Part shown: piece after piece, positions 1 through 12,520 of the stretch
Layout: each line of letters opens with the position of its first letter
Numbering within the stretch: position 1 is the first letter of the stretch
Assembly (NCBI GenBank): GCA_964035545.1
Contig: OZ037768.1
Span: forward strand, 19,513,700 to 19,577,699
Reading direction: 5' to 3'
Source: Bugula neritina
Lineage: Eukaryota; Animalia; Bryozoa
DNA length: 64,000 nucleotides
The notes under the pieces: generated by a model
The model's input: the letters and a program-made list of their open reading frames with translations, nothing else
Databases searched by the model: none
What the model was told of the DNA's origin: nothing
Translations under genes and position numbers: made by a program

Positions 1-3
1 TAG

Positions 4-3000
4 AACTGAGAGATGCTGATGTAAAAGCTATACGAGGGAAGGATAACTCTATATCACATGGTAAAAAAATAATAATGCAACAAAAGCTGCATGCTTTTTG
101 GCAAAATTTTTCCGTTAATATTGAATATATGAATTGCGTTGGCTTGTGCCACAAAAGTTGTATCCTATATATTTTCTGACATGTTGGCTTTTAACAGCTC
201 CACTATAAATATCTCGGTATACATTTATATATGATATTATAAACTTCATAAATATCAGCAAAAATCTGTAAACTTCTTGAAAATTTTTCACTAATTCTTG
301 AGGCAATAGTGAAATGATAATGCAGCATTAATACTGTTCTTGTTTAGCATTTTAATCTTTATTATAGTGAAAAGTATGTTCTTCTTTATATTTTATTTAA
401 AACTTCAAACCAGACCAAAATTTTTTTGAATTTTCAACTAATAGCTCTTCTGGTAAACTAAATTATAAGATTTCATAAAATGCTTAACAAAACATAATTT
501 GTTTTGATCACAATAGCTTCTAGTCAATAAAATAATATCAATATATTTCCGATATTAGTAAAAAATGGAGTTGAATTGCTCTCCTGACATCAAGGGCAGG
601 TAATCTGAACCAAAATGTTGAAAATGACTACCCCTATCATATATTAAGTTACCACATGTATTAAATAGCCTATGGAAAAACAATGGATTGATTGTAACAA
701 CTATATCTTGTGAGCAGTACTATTAAAAAATTTTACCACCACGCTGCAAGCTGTGTTCACCGCTGGTCTTTTGCCAAAATTGAATTAATTGGTATCGACG
801 CAGTGCAATGATAAAACATCGTGGACATTTTGTTTGATTGTAAAATTTTACTACAGACTGAAAAGGCCAATCAAAAAACAGCTAAACTATTTTGTGTCTT
901 AAATTTAAGTATTTTTAAGTCGTACCTTTTTTAAATACAATAAATAAATTTAAAGCGAGTTTTCTTATGAACTTTTGATGAGCATTGTATAGTTTAATAT
1001 TGTTTGTCCATGTATGGAAGGCATCCAACTCAATAACATAATGCTAGGTAATATCCATTGTGCTACAATGTTGCCAGTAACTCAATACCTTACGATAATA
1101 TTTTAGGTATGCACAAAATACTCCATAATAAAGTGCAGGTGTTCTTTTATTGTTACACATTACTTTTAGCTATTTCCAAGAGTTTGCTGATGTATTGCCA
1201 GAGTCAGATTTTTTAGCGTAACAACAATGGTCTATGTCATGCAGTATATTTATAAACTGCTATTTCTTGGAAGCATATTTGATAAAACTTTTAGTTTTAG
1301 GTTGTAAAAGCATTTAATTTAGCATTTTGAATTTTAATTACTTGTAGTCCAATCTCCTCAAACTCTGCTGACAATGAATTTTCGGGCACCAACTTTACTG
1401 TTACTAACACTGCCTTTAAATTAGCAAAATTTTTAGCTCTGCTGCATTTCTAAGTGTTTCACAGATAAAACGCTAAAGAAAGAAAGCAAATATTTCACTC
1501 ATATATAAGCACAATCATAAAACGGTTGAAAATATATTTTTTTTCCTCAAAATCACAGCTTACATAGTTTAGAGTGGCTAAATTCCCAGATTGTTACTAA
1601 ACTTGCAGTGGAGGCCTTAGCAAAAAAGTTTAATGATACAAAGAGAGTTGAGAATCTAAAGGAGGGATTGGAAAAGAGACTGAAAAAGGTTGCAGAAAAG
1701 CACAGAGCAGATAGAGATAAAATGCAAAGAATGGCATACTATGACCCAGATATTAATATACCTATGAACAGGTGAGCGATCCAGATATTTCCAGATAAAT
1801 GAGCTGTTGCGTGACCTACATATCAATAAGCCAATGAGCTGTTGAACAACTCATATATTAATATATAGACCAGTTGGCTGGCTAGTGACTAAAAATATCA
1901 ATAAACAATTTGGGTTGTAGGTGATCAAGATATTAAAGATTTATGGGTGGCAGTTGTTGGTACCACCAACAACTGGTGGTACCAACAACTTACATTACAT
2001 TACATTACAACTTAAATTACATATTTATATTTCCTTATCAACATCATCATTTCCACATTAGTATGTTTTGATGCATTTCAAATAATTATAGCTGTTTGGG
2101 ATGTAAAATGATATATGAAACTAATTGGATATTATGTATTTTTACAATGTAACTTACATTCAGCAGATTAGCAGTTGTCGAAGTTATCCTCTCTTTAAAG
2201 AGAAATAAAGAACGTTTATCAATTTTAATGTTAGTATTATATAAGTAGTCTAAACACAGCCTGCGAAATTATCAGCTGTAGGTCTATAGGTTAATTAGAC
2301 TACTGACTATAATTGTGCAAAGCTCGGGTGGTGTTGCACCAAAAACTCAAAATCTGAATACAAATGGGGGGGGGCCATGAAAAATTTCAACCCTAAAGCA
2401 ATGTAGCAGTCAAAAGAAAGTGCATGTACAAGTTTAATAATAATGCAGTTATATGTGTTGACGAATTGTTCTATAAGCAGCACTGAGTTGAGTTTGAGGT
2501 TTTGGGGTTGGGGGTCCACTAAACCCCCAACTCTAAACTCGAGAACCCCAAACTACTGCACTCAGTCACCCCCAACTCTTATATCTTCAACAGTGTGCTA
2601 AATGAGTTACGAGGGGTGCATAAGAGGCGCCCTCTACCACCAATACCTAGACAGAGTTCTTTAAACAACTTGCCAGCAAACACCACAAGAGAAGATTCTG
2701 AACCAAAAGATGTCTACATAGCGATGGAGTTGAACTACGTCCCGCAGTTGAAGTATAAAGGTCTTGGCCATAGCTCAAAGGTCAGTACATTTCTATTAAT
2801 ATATTCCATAGCATTGTCTTCTAACATGGATTTTCAAATGCTAATAAAAGTAAAAGAATTTTCAAAGAAAAAATCCAAACTCTTTTTTACAAATGCCTTT
2901 GCTGAAACTTAACGTAACAAAAACTTATACTGCTGTAAAATTAAAGCTGGCGCTATTAGATTATTCTTCTGGTTTTTTTACTTTGACATAAAGTTATGTT

Positions 3001-6000
3001 TTAGGAATCTTCTATGATGAAGCCACGCCTCCACACGCTACCTGATATACCAGAAGTGCAGGAAGAATATGAGAAAACAATATCAGCTACTAGTAAATAC
3101 AAACATACTCAGATGTGTTTTCTTAGATAACTTGACATTCAAACTTCATGAGTGAATCAAACTTAAAAAAACTGTTCAATCTATGCTCATTTTAGTGATT
3201 TAAAGCCTTGTTTCTTTATATTTATTAGAGCACAGAGAGGGTGGGTCCAATAGCAATGCCACCAATATGCAGCAGTGTTTACCTGGTGTAGAGAAGGTCA
3301 GAGTTTCTGTGTTTTATTTATTTTCTTTTCAAAAATTTTTTGCTTTGACGTCACTCAACATCTGAATGTTATTATTTCATGTCAAATTCAGGCTATTAGG
3401 TAAGGCTGTTTTGTTAGTACTGATTTAGTATAAGAATTTTCTGTGTTGAGTAGGCTGCTGTATCACATGATAAAGCACTTCTTTATTATATTAGTGCCAT
3501 TGATTGCTCAACTAATACTAGAAAAGAAATTATGAAACCAGAGCAAACTTTCAAAATTTAATAAAGCCTGGTGTCTAGCACGTCATAATTATAGCAATTT
3601 CTGACTGCAGTCAAAACAAGTTACGTCTTCAAAACAATTCAAGCCTACAGCCGAGCTAAAGAATTTAGAAGATCAAAACAAAATCAAGATATTGAATAGA
3701 TGACACGGATATCAATTTGTTTTGAGAATGTTTGATGGGTTGTTACTACTGGCTTTGATATTTCCATTTTGTTTTGGCTCGATATTAACATATTGTTTAT
3801 ATAGTATCAAATAACACAGTACGTTATTACATTGTAGGATGGAAAAGAGGTGTTTATTACAGTCAAGATGCTGAAACCAGGTTCCCATTTTGTAAGTTAT
3901 TGCATCTACATTTCTCTCACTCCTTAGAGCTTCAGCATTGACAGGCCTTACAAACTTAAAATCCGATAACCGTATGTGCATTAACAGGGCCATAATCTAC
4001 AAGATTTGAAAAATATAGAAAAGAATGTTATTGAATGATCATGTTAAATTAGATTAATCCCAGCCTTACATTATATATTATGTAGCCATAGCACTTAGTC
4101 TACTTTGCACCTTAGGCTTTCATCTCTGTTGTTAGCAAATGTTATTTGCAGTAGGATAAATACAAGTGTAGGTAACTAAACCATTCTTACAGTTCATCAA
4201 TTTTAAAAACTATAGTAGCCTAATTTTAGTTTAATAAGACCATCAAAAACTGGATTAGTAACAAAATACATAAATGGGATTGCCTAAGGGTAAGATGTTT
4301 AATAGATTGTTCTAATTAGACAACACGATGATTTAATGAAATAGGCTAGTAGAAAAGACAAGTCTACAATTTTATATTAAAATAATTTAATTGATATTTT
4401 TGAGTGACCAATCCTTAGTTTACTAAATGTTTTGATAAAAGTTTTTGTTAAAGGTTTCTCAATGCAGAACTATAATTTGTTCACTTTGCATTCTGTGGTT
4501 TGTTCTAATAGTACCACCTGCATGTGTAATTTACCTTTTTGCCATGTCGGCCCTAGCAAATGCAGGTTTTAAAAATTCGTGCAATATTAAATAGCACCTA
4601 GTTTTTAAAGTATTAATTTCTTATAATCTATAAAGGATTATAGTCTAAGACCTTTAAGAGCATCTAATCTTTGCATATGTGATGTCCACAATAGTATTCA
4701 GTTCTTGAAGTGAATTCTTATATTAATGTAAAATTTCTTTATACCGTCATAAAAATAACTGTTAAGGAAAGCTGGTTGCTTAGTAAAAAATGTTAGTGTG
4801 ATGAAAACTATAGAAAGTTGTCTTGGCAAAGAAAATGGTTTCTGCAGATTCCCACAATGTTTAACTGGTTGCTAAACACTTTTACTTCAAAAAAACTTTT
4901 ATTTGAGTACAAAATGCAGTTAAATTTGAGTGCATTCAAACGGAAGCCATATCTTTCAATTTTTGCCAAAGTCAATATTATTAAAGCTCTATTATATTTA
5001 AAAATTAAGATTTGAACTATTAATTGATAATAAAATTATTTTCAATGTAATTTGCTTTGACAGCTCCCAGCAACTATGGGAGTTAGTGAAGGTGAAAATT
5101 CTTTGTTGGCTTTCTGAAGCTTTAATACAATTTCATATAATATCAATATTCGCAGGGTTTGCTAGAAGCTATAGCCGGAGATACTATTGCTCACCCTTCT
5201 CTTAGTCTAGTCAGTCATGGAGCAGAGTGTGTCATGATTCATAAAAAGCTGTACATGGAGAACGCCCCTTTAAAACTCTTAGATAAGTTGAGAGAAGAGG
5301 TGAGTTGAAGTATAATTTAGTAGAGCATAGCTGTGTATTTAGTAGTTTTAGTAGAGCTAACCTTTGCTTGTCATCATAGCTGAAGTTTGAGGAAATTTCA
5401 AGCACATTATCATTTCCTTTTTATTAGTAGGAAGTTACTCTGATTGAATAGTTACATACTCAATTTTTTTCAAAATTAAAATTTTTTACTTTTTAATACA
5501 ACATGACTCTTTTTCAGTTTGCTTTTAAAAAAAAAATTGTGGATGGGAAATTTCAATACAGATTTTGGCATTTTTCATAGTAATTGCTATTTAAATTAGA
5601 AACTATATTTATGATAAAACAATTTCACATGATGTAAGTTCACGTTGCTGTACTCTACGTGGTACACTATACACGTGAGTTAAAATACTACTTCCTATAA
5701 CCAGAGGTCAGTCTGAAGCCCCAGGTACTGTCTCTGACTTCATACAAGTGTTATTTCTGTCCTAGTCAAGACATGTAACATTTCATAAAGTCTGAAGCTA
5801 AAAAACATGACATAACAACCCTGGTCAAACCCTCAGGGAACAAAAAGAACGTCACTAGCCAATTCTTACATGCTGTGCCAGTTCCGTGATTTAATGTCAA
5901 GTTCATCTGCTAGATTGCCATGAGCTAACTTACAGTATTATTATGTTATGAAGATGAACTTTTGTCAACTTTCCCTGCAATGGGATTGTGTTGATATGAT

Positions 6001-7102
6001 GAGATTAAGTTAAGTTCACGATGAACTATAACAATGCCACCCAAAGATCTTTCTAAAATCAGGTTGTATTGTTCATCATGCCCATGTATGAGCATGAAAG
6101 ATTTTTCATAATCTGTATTAATAAACGTAATACTGATGATTAAAATTCAAATTGGTCTACATAGGTATATAGAAAATAGAAAAGCCTGTTACCTAGGTTA
6201 CACAGACATTTTTATTAGGCTTCTCTCTAATGTGATGTTAAAATAACACGAGAAGGTCAACCAACCAAGTTATCACCAATAAAAATTGAAATTGAAGGAA
6301 TAATTTAATTAGCTTTTAAAGAGTAGTGGAAGGCAACAAATTACTAAATCTATTGTCAGTGAGATTTAATTTTAGATTCCTAATACTTTGCAGGTATTTT
6401 GACTTAAGTTAAATCTATTTAAACCTTTTACTTCTAAAATAAAATCTATTAATTATCAAAACATTGTATAGTTAATTTGCTATGTCTCAATAGTTCTAAG
6501 TCTAAGGAACACTCCAGGGTGCGTTTTATATTATCCATTTGGGAAGATTAAGAATCCATGTTTGTTAAGCTTATATTAGGTAGAAAATTATTAAAAATAT
6601 CACACTGTAAAGTCATTAAGTCATATAGCTCTATACATTTCAGGTAAATGCACAACTTAATAATTTAAAGATAGTTTTGATACTTTTAACAGTTTGAGGA
6701 AAAATTGTAGTTCAATTAATTTGTGCATCATGTTTGGTTTTGTGTGGTGAGAAATATTCGTTATGCTAATAAGTATTTACTAAAAAAGTCAAAAACAAAA
6801 ACTTTGCCAACATTTAAAGCTGCTCTCTAGTTTATTTTAGGCTCAACTTGAAATAAAAAAATATTATTTACTTCAATGATAGGTTTTTTGTTTATATTAC
6901 ATTACATTGTGCTAATATCTTCCCTATATTTACAAAGCCCACAATTTAAGAGTAGAGCCAATTATTTACTCTGCTCTTACTTTGCAAAATGATTCTTTTG
7001 CAGCTGTTTCCTTATCCTTCTGATGAACAGCTCAAAGAGAACCTGCAAGTCCGTCTTTTCTGGAACAAGCACAAACAGGAAATTATGAATTCTTGGCCCT
7101 GA
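4..7102 (+). CDS. CNBD2-like cyclic nucleotide-binding domain protein, 3' part (gene begins upstream of window)
   Basis: Phase-compatible GT-AG exons: 4-60, 1609-1771, 2594-2780, 3005-3092, 3229-3296, 3838-3891, 5156-5299, 7004-7102 (TGA). The last three exons translate to DGKEVFITVKMLKPGSHF|GLLEAIAGDTIAHPSLSLVSHGAECVMIHKKLY...|LFPYPSDEQLKENLQVRLFWNKHK. This matches the C-terminal CNB half-domain and YPSD..L....W..K tail of CNBD1/2-type proteins. The linking low-complexity exons are less certain. Confidence 0.7.
1952..1990. repeat. Perfect 17-bp inverted repeat (hairpin)
   Basis: AGTTGTTGGTACCACCA (1952-1968) + ACAAC loop + TGGTGGTACCAACAACT (1974-1990). Confidence 0.9.
2468..2579. mobile_element. 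Partial copy of a fold-back repeat family (other copy at 20208-20360)
   Basis: Shares TTCTATAAGCAGC..GAGTTG and AAACTCGAGAACCCCAAACTACTGCACTCAGTCACCCCCAACTC with the 20.2-kb element. Confidence 0.65.
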
Positions 7103-7177
7103 AGAACTTCACCCACTCCATCGGCTTGGTCCTAACTCTTGAGAGATCTCGTTTGACTAAAACTGTTGATAATAACT

Positions 7178-7462
7178 GCTGCAGATAACTCCAGCTACTG
7201 CAGATAACACCAGCTACTGCAGATGACACTAGTTACTGCAGATAATACTAGTTACTGCAGATAATACTAGTTACTGCAGATAATACTAGCTACTGCAGAT
7301 ACCACCAGCTGCTGCAGATAACACCAGCTGCTGCAGATAATACCAGCTACTGCAGATAACACCAGCTGCTGCAGATAATACCAGCTACTGCAGATAACAC
7401 CAGCTGCTGCAGATAACACCAGCTGCTGCAGATAATATCAACTACTGTAGATACACTAAGTA
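7178..7462. repeat. 19-bp minisatellite in the CNBD2-like 3' UTR
   Basis: About 15 copies of CTGCAGATAACACCAGCTA and variants, starting ~75 nt after the stop codon. Confidence 0.9.
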
Positions 7463-9251
7463 CCGCAAGGAAGTTTAAGTAGAAACTTATAGCCACTGCT
7501 GCTAACAACAAAACAATGTTGGTGACATCACTTCATAGTCCTAAATTTAACTGCCTGTATTATAATTTGGGAATAATTTGTTTTTTGTTTACCTGCAGGA
7601 CAATTATTTCTCATCTATTTTGTTATAAAAGCTATCATACATTTTGATGTGCATCTTTTAGGTTTATACCTACAACTTTGATTGACTACAGTAATGTATT
7701 TACAAAGAAATTGTGGGTGAAAGTGTGTATATGAGCATTTCTAAGAAAGTGAATGGGAGCCAGGGCATTGCTGCCTTGATGTACCCTGCTGCTTCAAATA
7801 ATAAGAGTGAAAGCTGACACCCCATTCAGTTGACATTCTAGCATTATTTTTATATTCAGTCAAAACACTGACCAGTTGTTGTCTCAAGTCAGTTGTAGCA
7901 GAGACATAGTAAATTTGAAATTATAGTTATAGCATTCACTGTAAAGTGTCTAAGTGTTTTTGGCTAAATTCATGTATTTTTTTCAATAAATTTTGTCTTC
8001 TCCTGTATTCTGGTGTAACTGGCATAGACCTATAATAGCATTTAGTTCTACCTAACTCATCTGCTCTCTACCTAGATTATATTTATTTTGCCTGCCAGAG
8101 GAACAAAAACACCTTTATTTAATTTTCATCTCCTTTATTTCATTCTATTCTAATCTCCTGCAATAAAAAGATTTATTGCAACCAAACAAATAGCTTTCTA
8201 ACTAGAAATAGAATTGCTCAAGACTTTAACACTTAAACATTAAAACACCTGAATTATTAGCTATTAGTTGCTAACAAGTACATCTATTGCTTTAACTCAT
8301 TATAATATTTATATATGACGTCTAGAATTGATTCAATTTCACAAATTTTGCAAGTCAGATTTCTGTGAACAACTGGTAATAAATAGTTTAAGTTGAACAA
8401 ATTATTAGACCAAGGCTAAATAACGCTATAACAATTACTTTAGCTAGCAAGAGAGATACGGCTAGTTCCAATGCAATACAAAGTTTAAGAAATATGTGCA
8501 TAATATAGTCTTTAAATGGCTTATGTTTATCTAAATTCTAAACCTACAAACCTACCTGCATATGGGAGAGAACGAGAGCTAATCTTGCAACCACAGTAAT
8601 GAAATGCTGATGCAATTTATAGCCTAAGCTCTCTAAAAATAGATACAAATTTGTTTAGGTTAGCTTAATACCTTAAAATGAGTTTGGGATTCTTGGAGTT
8701 GCATTGATAACAAGTCAACATTTAAATTTTTTCACACGCATAATCTCCAAAAGTCTCCTAAGTATTGAACAGGATTTGAAAATACTTTGATCAACACACG
8801 CTGTGCGTCTAGCCTACTGCTTATGATTTAAACAAACTACATAATCCTGTTCTGTTTTCAATAGCTAAACTTTTCCTTAAATTATAGCTTTCAAAACAAT
8901 AAATTTTGAAAACAAATTAATTCAACTCGAAACAATGATTCATAGATATAATGCCAATTTAAGAAGTTGATTTAAGACCCTAGAAGAAGTGGGTTTATAA
9001 TTCACACTGCTGGGTGTTTCACACCACATCAATACACAAATGTAGGAGGACAACTTATGCTTTCAATTTAACTTGATTCAGTCAAAATGTGAGATCACAA
9101 AATATTTGTCTGTCAATATTACTGCCAAACACCAGCTAAATGGTGATATAGCGAGTCAGATGTTTATCGGCTACTAAATAGAGGGCAAATGTTACTCAGG
9201 CTTAGAGACAAACTTGCTATTTGTAACAAGATCCAGGATGCTGCTGTTGTG

Positions 9252-9294
9252 GTCACATGACTAAGCTAGATTGTTATTCAGACAGCGTATATAA
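9252..9294 (+). promoter_or_regulatory. MMP core promoter: E/M-box, AP-1-like site and TATA box
   Basis: GTCACATGAC (9252-9261), overlapping TGACTAA (9258-9264) and TATATAA (9288-9294) about 50 nt upstream of the ATG at 9343. Confidence 0.5.
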
Positions 9295-9342
9295 GTCTGG
9301 GAGACTGTTGCTGACGCTATTAGTGTTAAGTCAGCGAGTGAG

Positions 9343-12334
9343 ATGTCAGCAGGAGCAAGAATATTGGTGTTGGTACTGGTGGGGAGTGGAAGCCTCTGGG
9401 GTCAGGTGGCTCAGTCTCACCCTACTAGATCTACACCTCTCTCTCAGCCGGCACAGCACAATCAGGTTGGTAACCAGAGCACCTTACTTTTACTGTCAAC
9501 TGACTGAAGTAAATTATATATGATGAGATGTAGTCAGTGTAACTGTTAGAAAAGTTTTAGGATTTCACAATTTCTAAGAGAATGCATGTGTATAAGCTGT
9601 GGTAGACTTCTATCTACCAGACCACAGTAACTTAACTGGACGTTAAGAAAAATGTGAAATAATAACTGTGTATTATGTATTATATATTATGTATTGTGCA
9701 TTATGTAATGGTGTAGCATGTATGTAATAGGTGTAATTTAGTAGGAAATGTTAACACTGCTTAGTGCAAATCAGCAGATTCTTGTAGCATATTTCAGCAC
9801 CTTTCACACTAATTTTACACAGCATTGTTTCTTCAATGTTTATTTGGCTGTAAACCACAAACCTAATGTTAAAGCTGGCTGCACTAACTTGCTTTTTAAC
9901 TTATAGCAAACTGTTTTTTACAATTCCTGCTGCATTGTCTAACAGGTGGAGATAACCTCAATCACAATGTTTGTGTTTGAAATGCAGCAGAGAATATGAT
10001 TTTGTTTCAGCTGTTGAAATATTTGACCAAATATGGATACTTGCCGGCCCCTTCTGACGGGAATGCATTAGACTACACAAGTTTGCTGCCTTCTGCAATA
10101 CAAGAGTTCCAAGACATGGCAAGGCTGCCTGAGACTGGTGAGCTGTTGATGCAGTATCTTCATTGCATATTCATAATTCTTGTACATTTTCTACCTCATT
10201 TTTTCTACACTTAACATGCTACGTGCTCTCTCTGTATCTCACTAAGCTAGGGTCCGTAAAATCTCAATTAGTGAGATAGTAGAATACCATATTTAACTCA
10301 CTGATCTAATAAATTTGGTCATTTTGTTCTTACATAAGCTACAAAAATGGGGTCCAAGCCCTTCTCGTGACCTATAGAACGTTGTGAGAAATAGATCCGT
10401 GAGATATGGAGAGAGCACTGTACTATATTTTGAAATGAAATACTATCTTACTAGTAAATTACACTACTCACTGTTTTATGCAAAATATTTTTGACTTCAG
10501 TTAGCAAAGTCAATAAAAGTAGATAATTTTATGAAGAAGCATTCTGCACTTATGTTTAGAGAATGTCTTCATCTTTATAAAAAAAAAATTGTACAGAAAT
10601 AGTAACAGAGTATTTAGCTCTATAGTACTGAAAGGTGACATTTGATATCAGGAGTCCCCATTGTTGACTATGGCCTTCTACTCAGCTATTTAAATTATCA
10701 CAGTCTGTTGTTGAGGAATTCAAGCATTGTCCGGAATGATGTTTTGACTTGTGAATAAAGCAGAGCATATTAACTCCAGATCCCGCAAGCAAAAAATATA
10801 CTGCTGTCGCTGTATTTTTTACTAACATTTCAACTAGCATTTGGTTGCAAGAATTAAGATATCGCAGTGTAAATAAAGGTAGATTAGTACCCAGAATTCA
10901 ATGAAATTGGAGAGTGTCAAAGCAGCATCGCTAATTACGTTAATTAGTAAACAGGTATAAATACATGAACAGTAGTATGAATAAACTGTTGACTGTGTCC
11001 CAGGTGAGCTGAATGAAGATACCATTACAATGATGAGTCAGCCGAGATGTGGAGTCCAGGACTGGACACGCTCAAGATGGCGGAGGTTCCTACATTCTGG
11101 TGAGCAGCTTTCTGTCTAGCATATTACGAGGTAGGTGCAGTAACGGAGAAATTGAGAAAAGCCTGTGTTCTAGATTAGAAATGTAGCAAAAGAAGTTATG
11201 TTCTTGCAAATATTTCAACCTGCTCCCCAAACCAAAATTTATAAAAAAATTTAAAGAACTTAGGCTATCTCAATTTCTCCACTACTGCTCCTAAATGCAT
11301 TGTATTACAGCTGCCTTTCAACAAAACTCCTTCAGTGGTTGTAGTTGTGATACCATACTAATGGTACAGTAACTGTATCACGTGCATAACAGATAATCTC
11401 AAACAACCTCACATGTTTTCCGCCCCGTGTGACTTCAGTGATGTTGTGCACAGAATATCAACTTATCAGGTTTTTGCTTTCTTGGAATTTAATGATGGTG
11501 TGATTATCCTTCTGAGATCACAGAAGAAATACCAAGGGGTTGATATTACATAACAATTGATAGTGTGGATTTTAGAAGGCCGAATGCCTATAATAGTTCT
11601 TGTAAGAAACATAAGGCACATACACATACAAGTACACATACACTACTCGTACATGCATGCATAAAAATACACATAAACACATACACGTGTATGATTGGCG
11701 TGTAAGACTAAACAGCGGCACAGCACTAATTGCTTGTTTTTACAGCTATAATTATTTTGTCGTCTTATTTATCATTTCCTGCCAAATTACCTTTTCAGTT
11801 TATCAATGATCAGATTATGTTATAATTATAAATATCAACGTCTGAATCTCATCAGAAACTGATGTGAACTCACATGACATGGGAAGCGCACAAGTCAAAG
11901 AGTTCCAATACTTTTGGTTTATTATTTCACTTTGTAGTTCAGACTATGTTTGAAGGAGCTTACCATTAATTACTTTTGTTTATTGTTGTTTCTAAAACAT
12001 TTGATAATCTCATGTATGACTCACTCGATTCCTAGGGTTACTGTTCTACTTACCTACTTAATTGACTTACTGTTCTACTTACCTACTTAATTGACTTACT
12101 GTTCTACTTACCTACTTAATTGACTTACTGTTCTACTTACCTACTTAATTGACTTACTGTTCTACTTACCTACTTAATTGACTTACTGTTCTACTTACCT
12201 ACTTAATTGACTTACAGTTGTATTTACTTACTCACTTATTCACTTACTTACTTACTTACTGACTTACAAGTTTACTTTCTTACTTACTTACTTTCTGACT
12301 TACCAACTTACTTACTGACTTACAAGTTTACTTT

Positions 12335-12376
<42 letters not shown>

Positions 12377-12469
12377 CACTTACTTACTTACTTACTTACT
12401 CACTTACTGACTTACTTACTTACTTACTCACTTACTTACTCACTTACTGACTTACTTACTTACTTACTC

Positions 12470-12520
<51 letters not shown>

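Noticed and set aside
3611-3703. Apparent terminal exon for the first gene (SKQVTSS...LNR*)
   Set aside because: Conserved CNBD-type exons continue at 3838, 5156 and 7004, so the gene does not end here in the main model.
9257-9523. 88-aa ORF as MMP first exon
   Set aside because: Its ATG lies upstream of the TATA box. A different frame from ATG 9343 gives a better signal peptide and a phase-0 donor at 9465.
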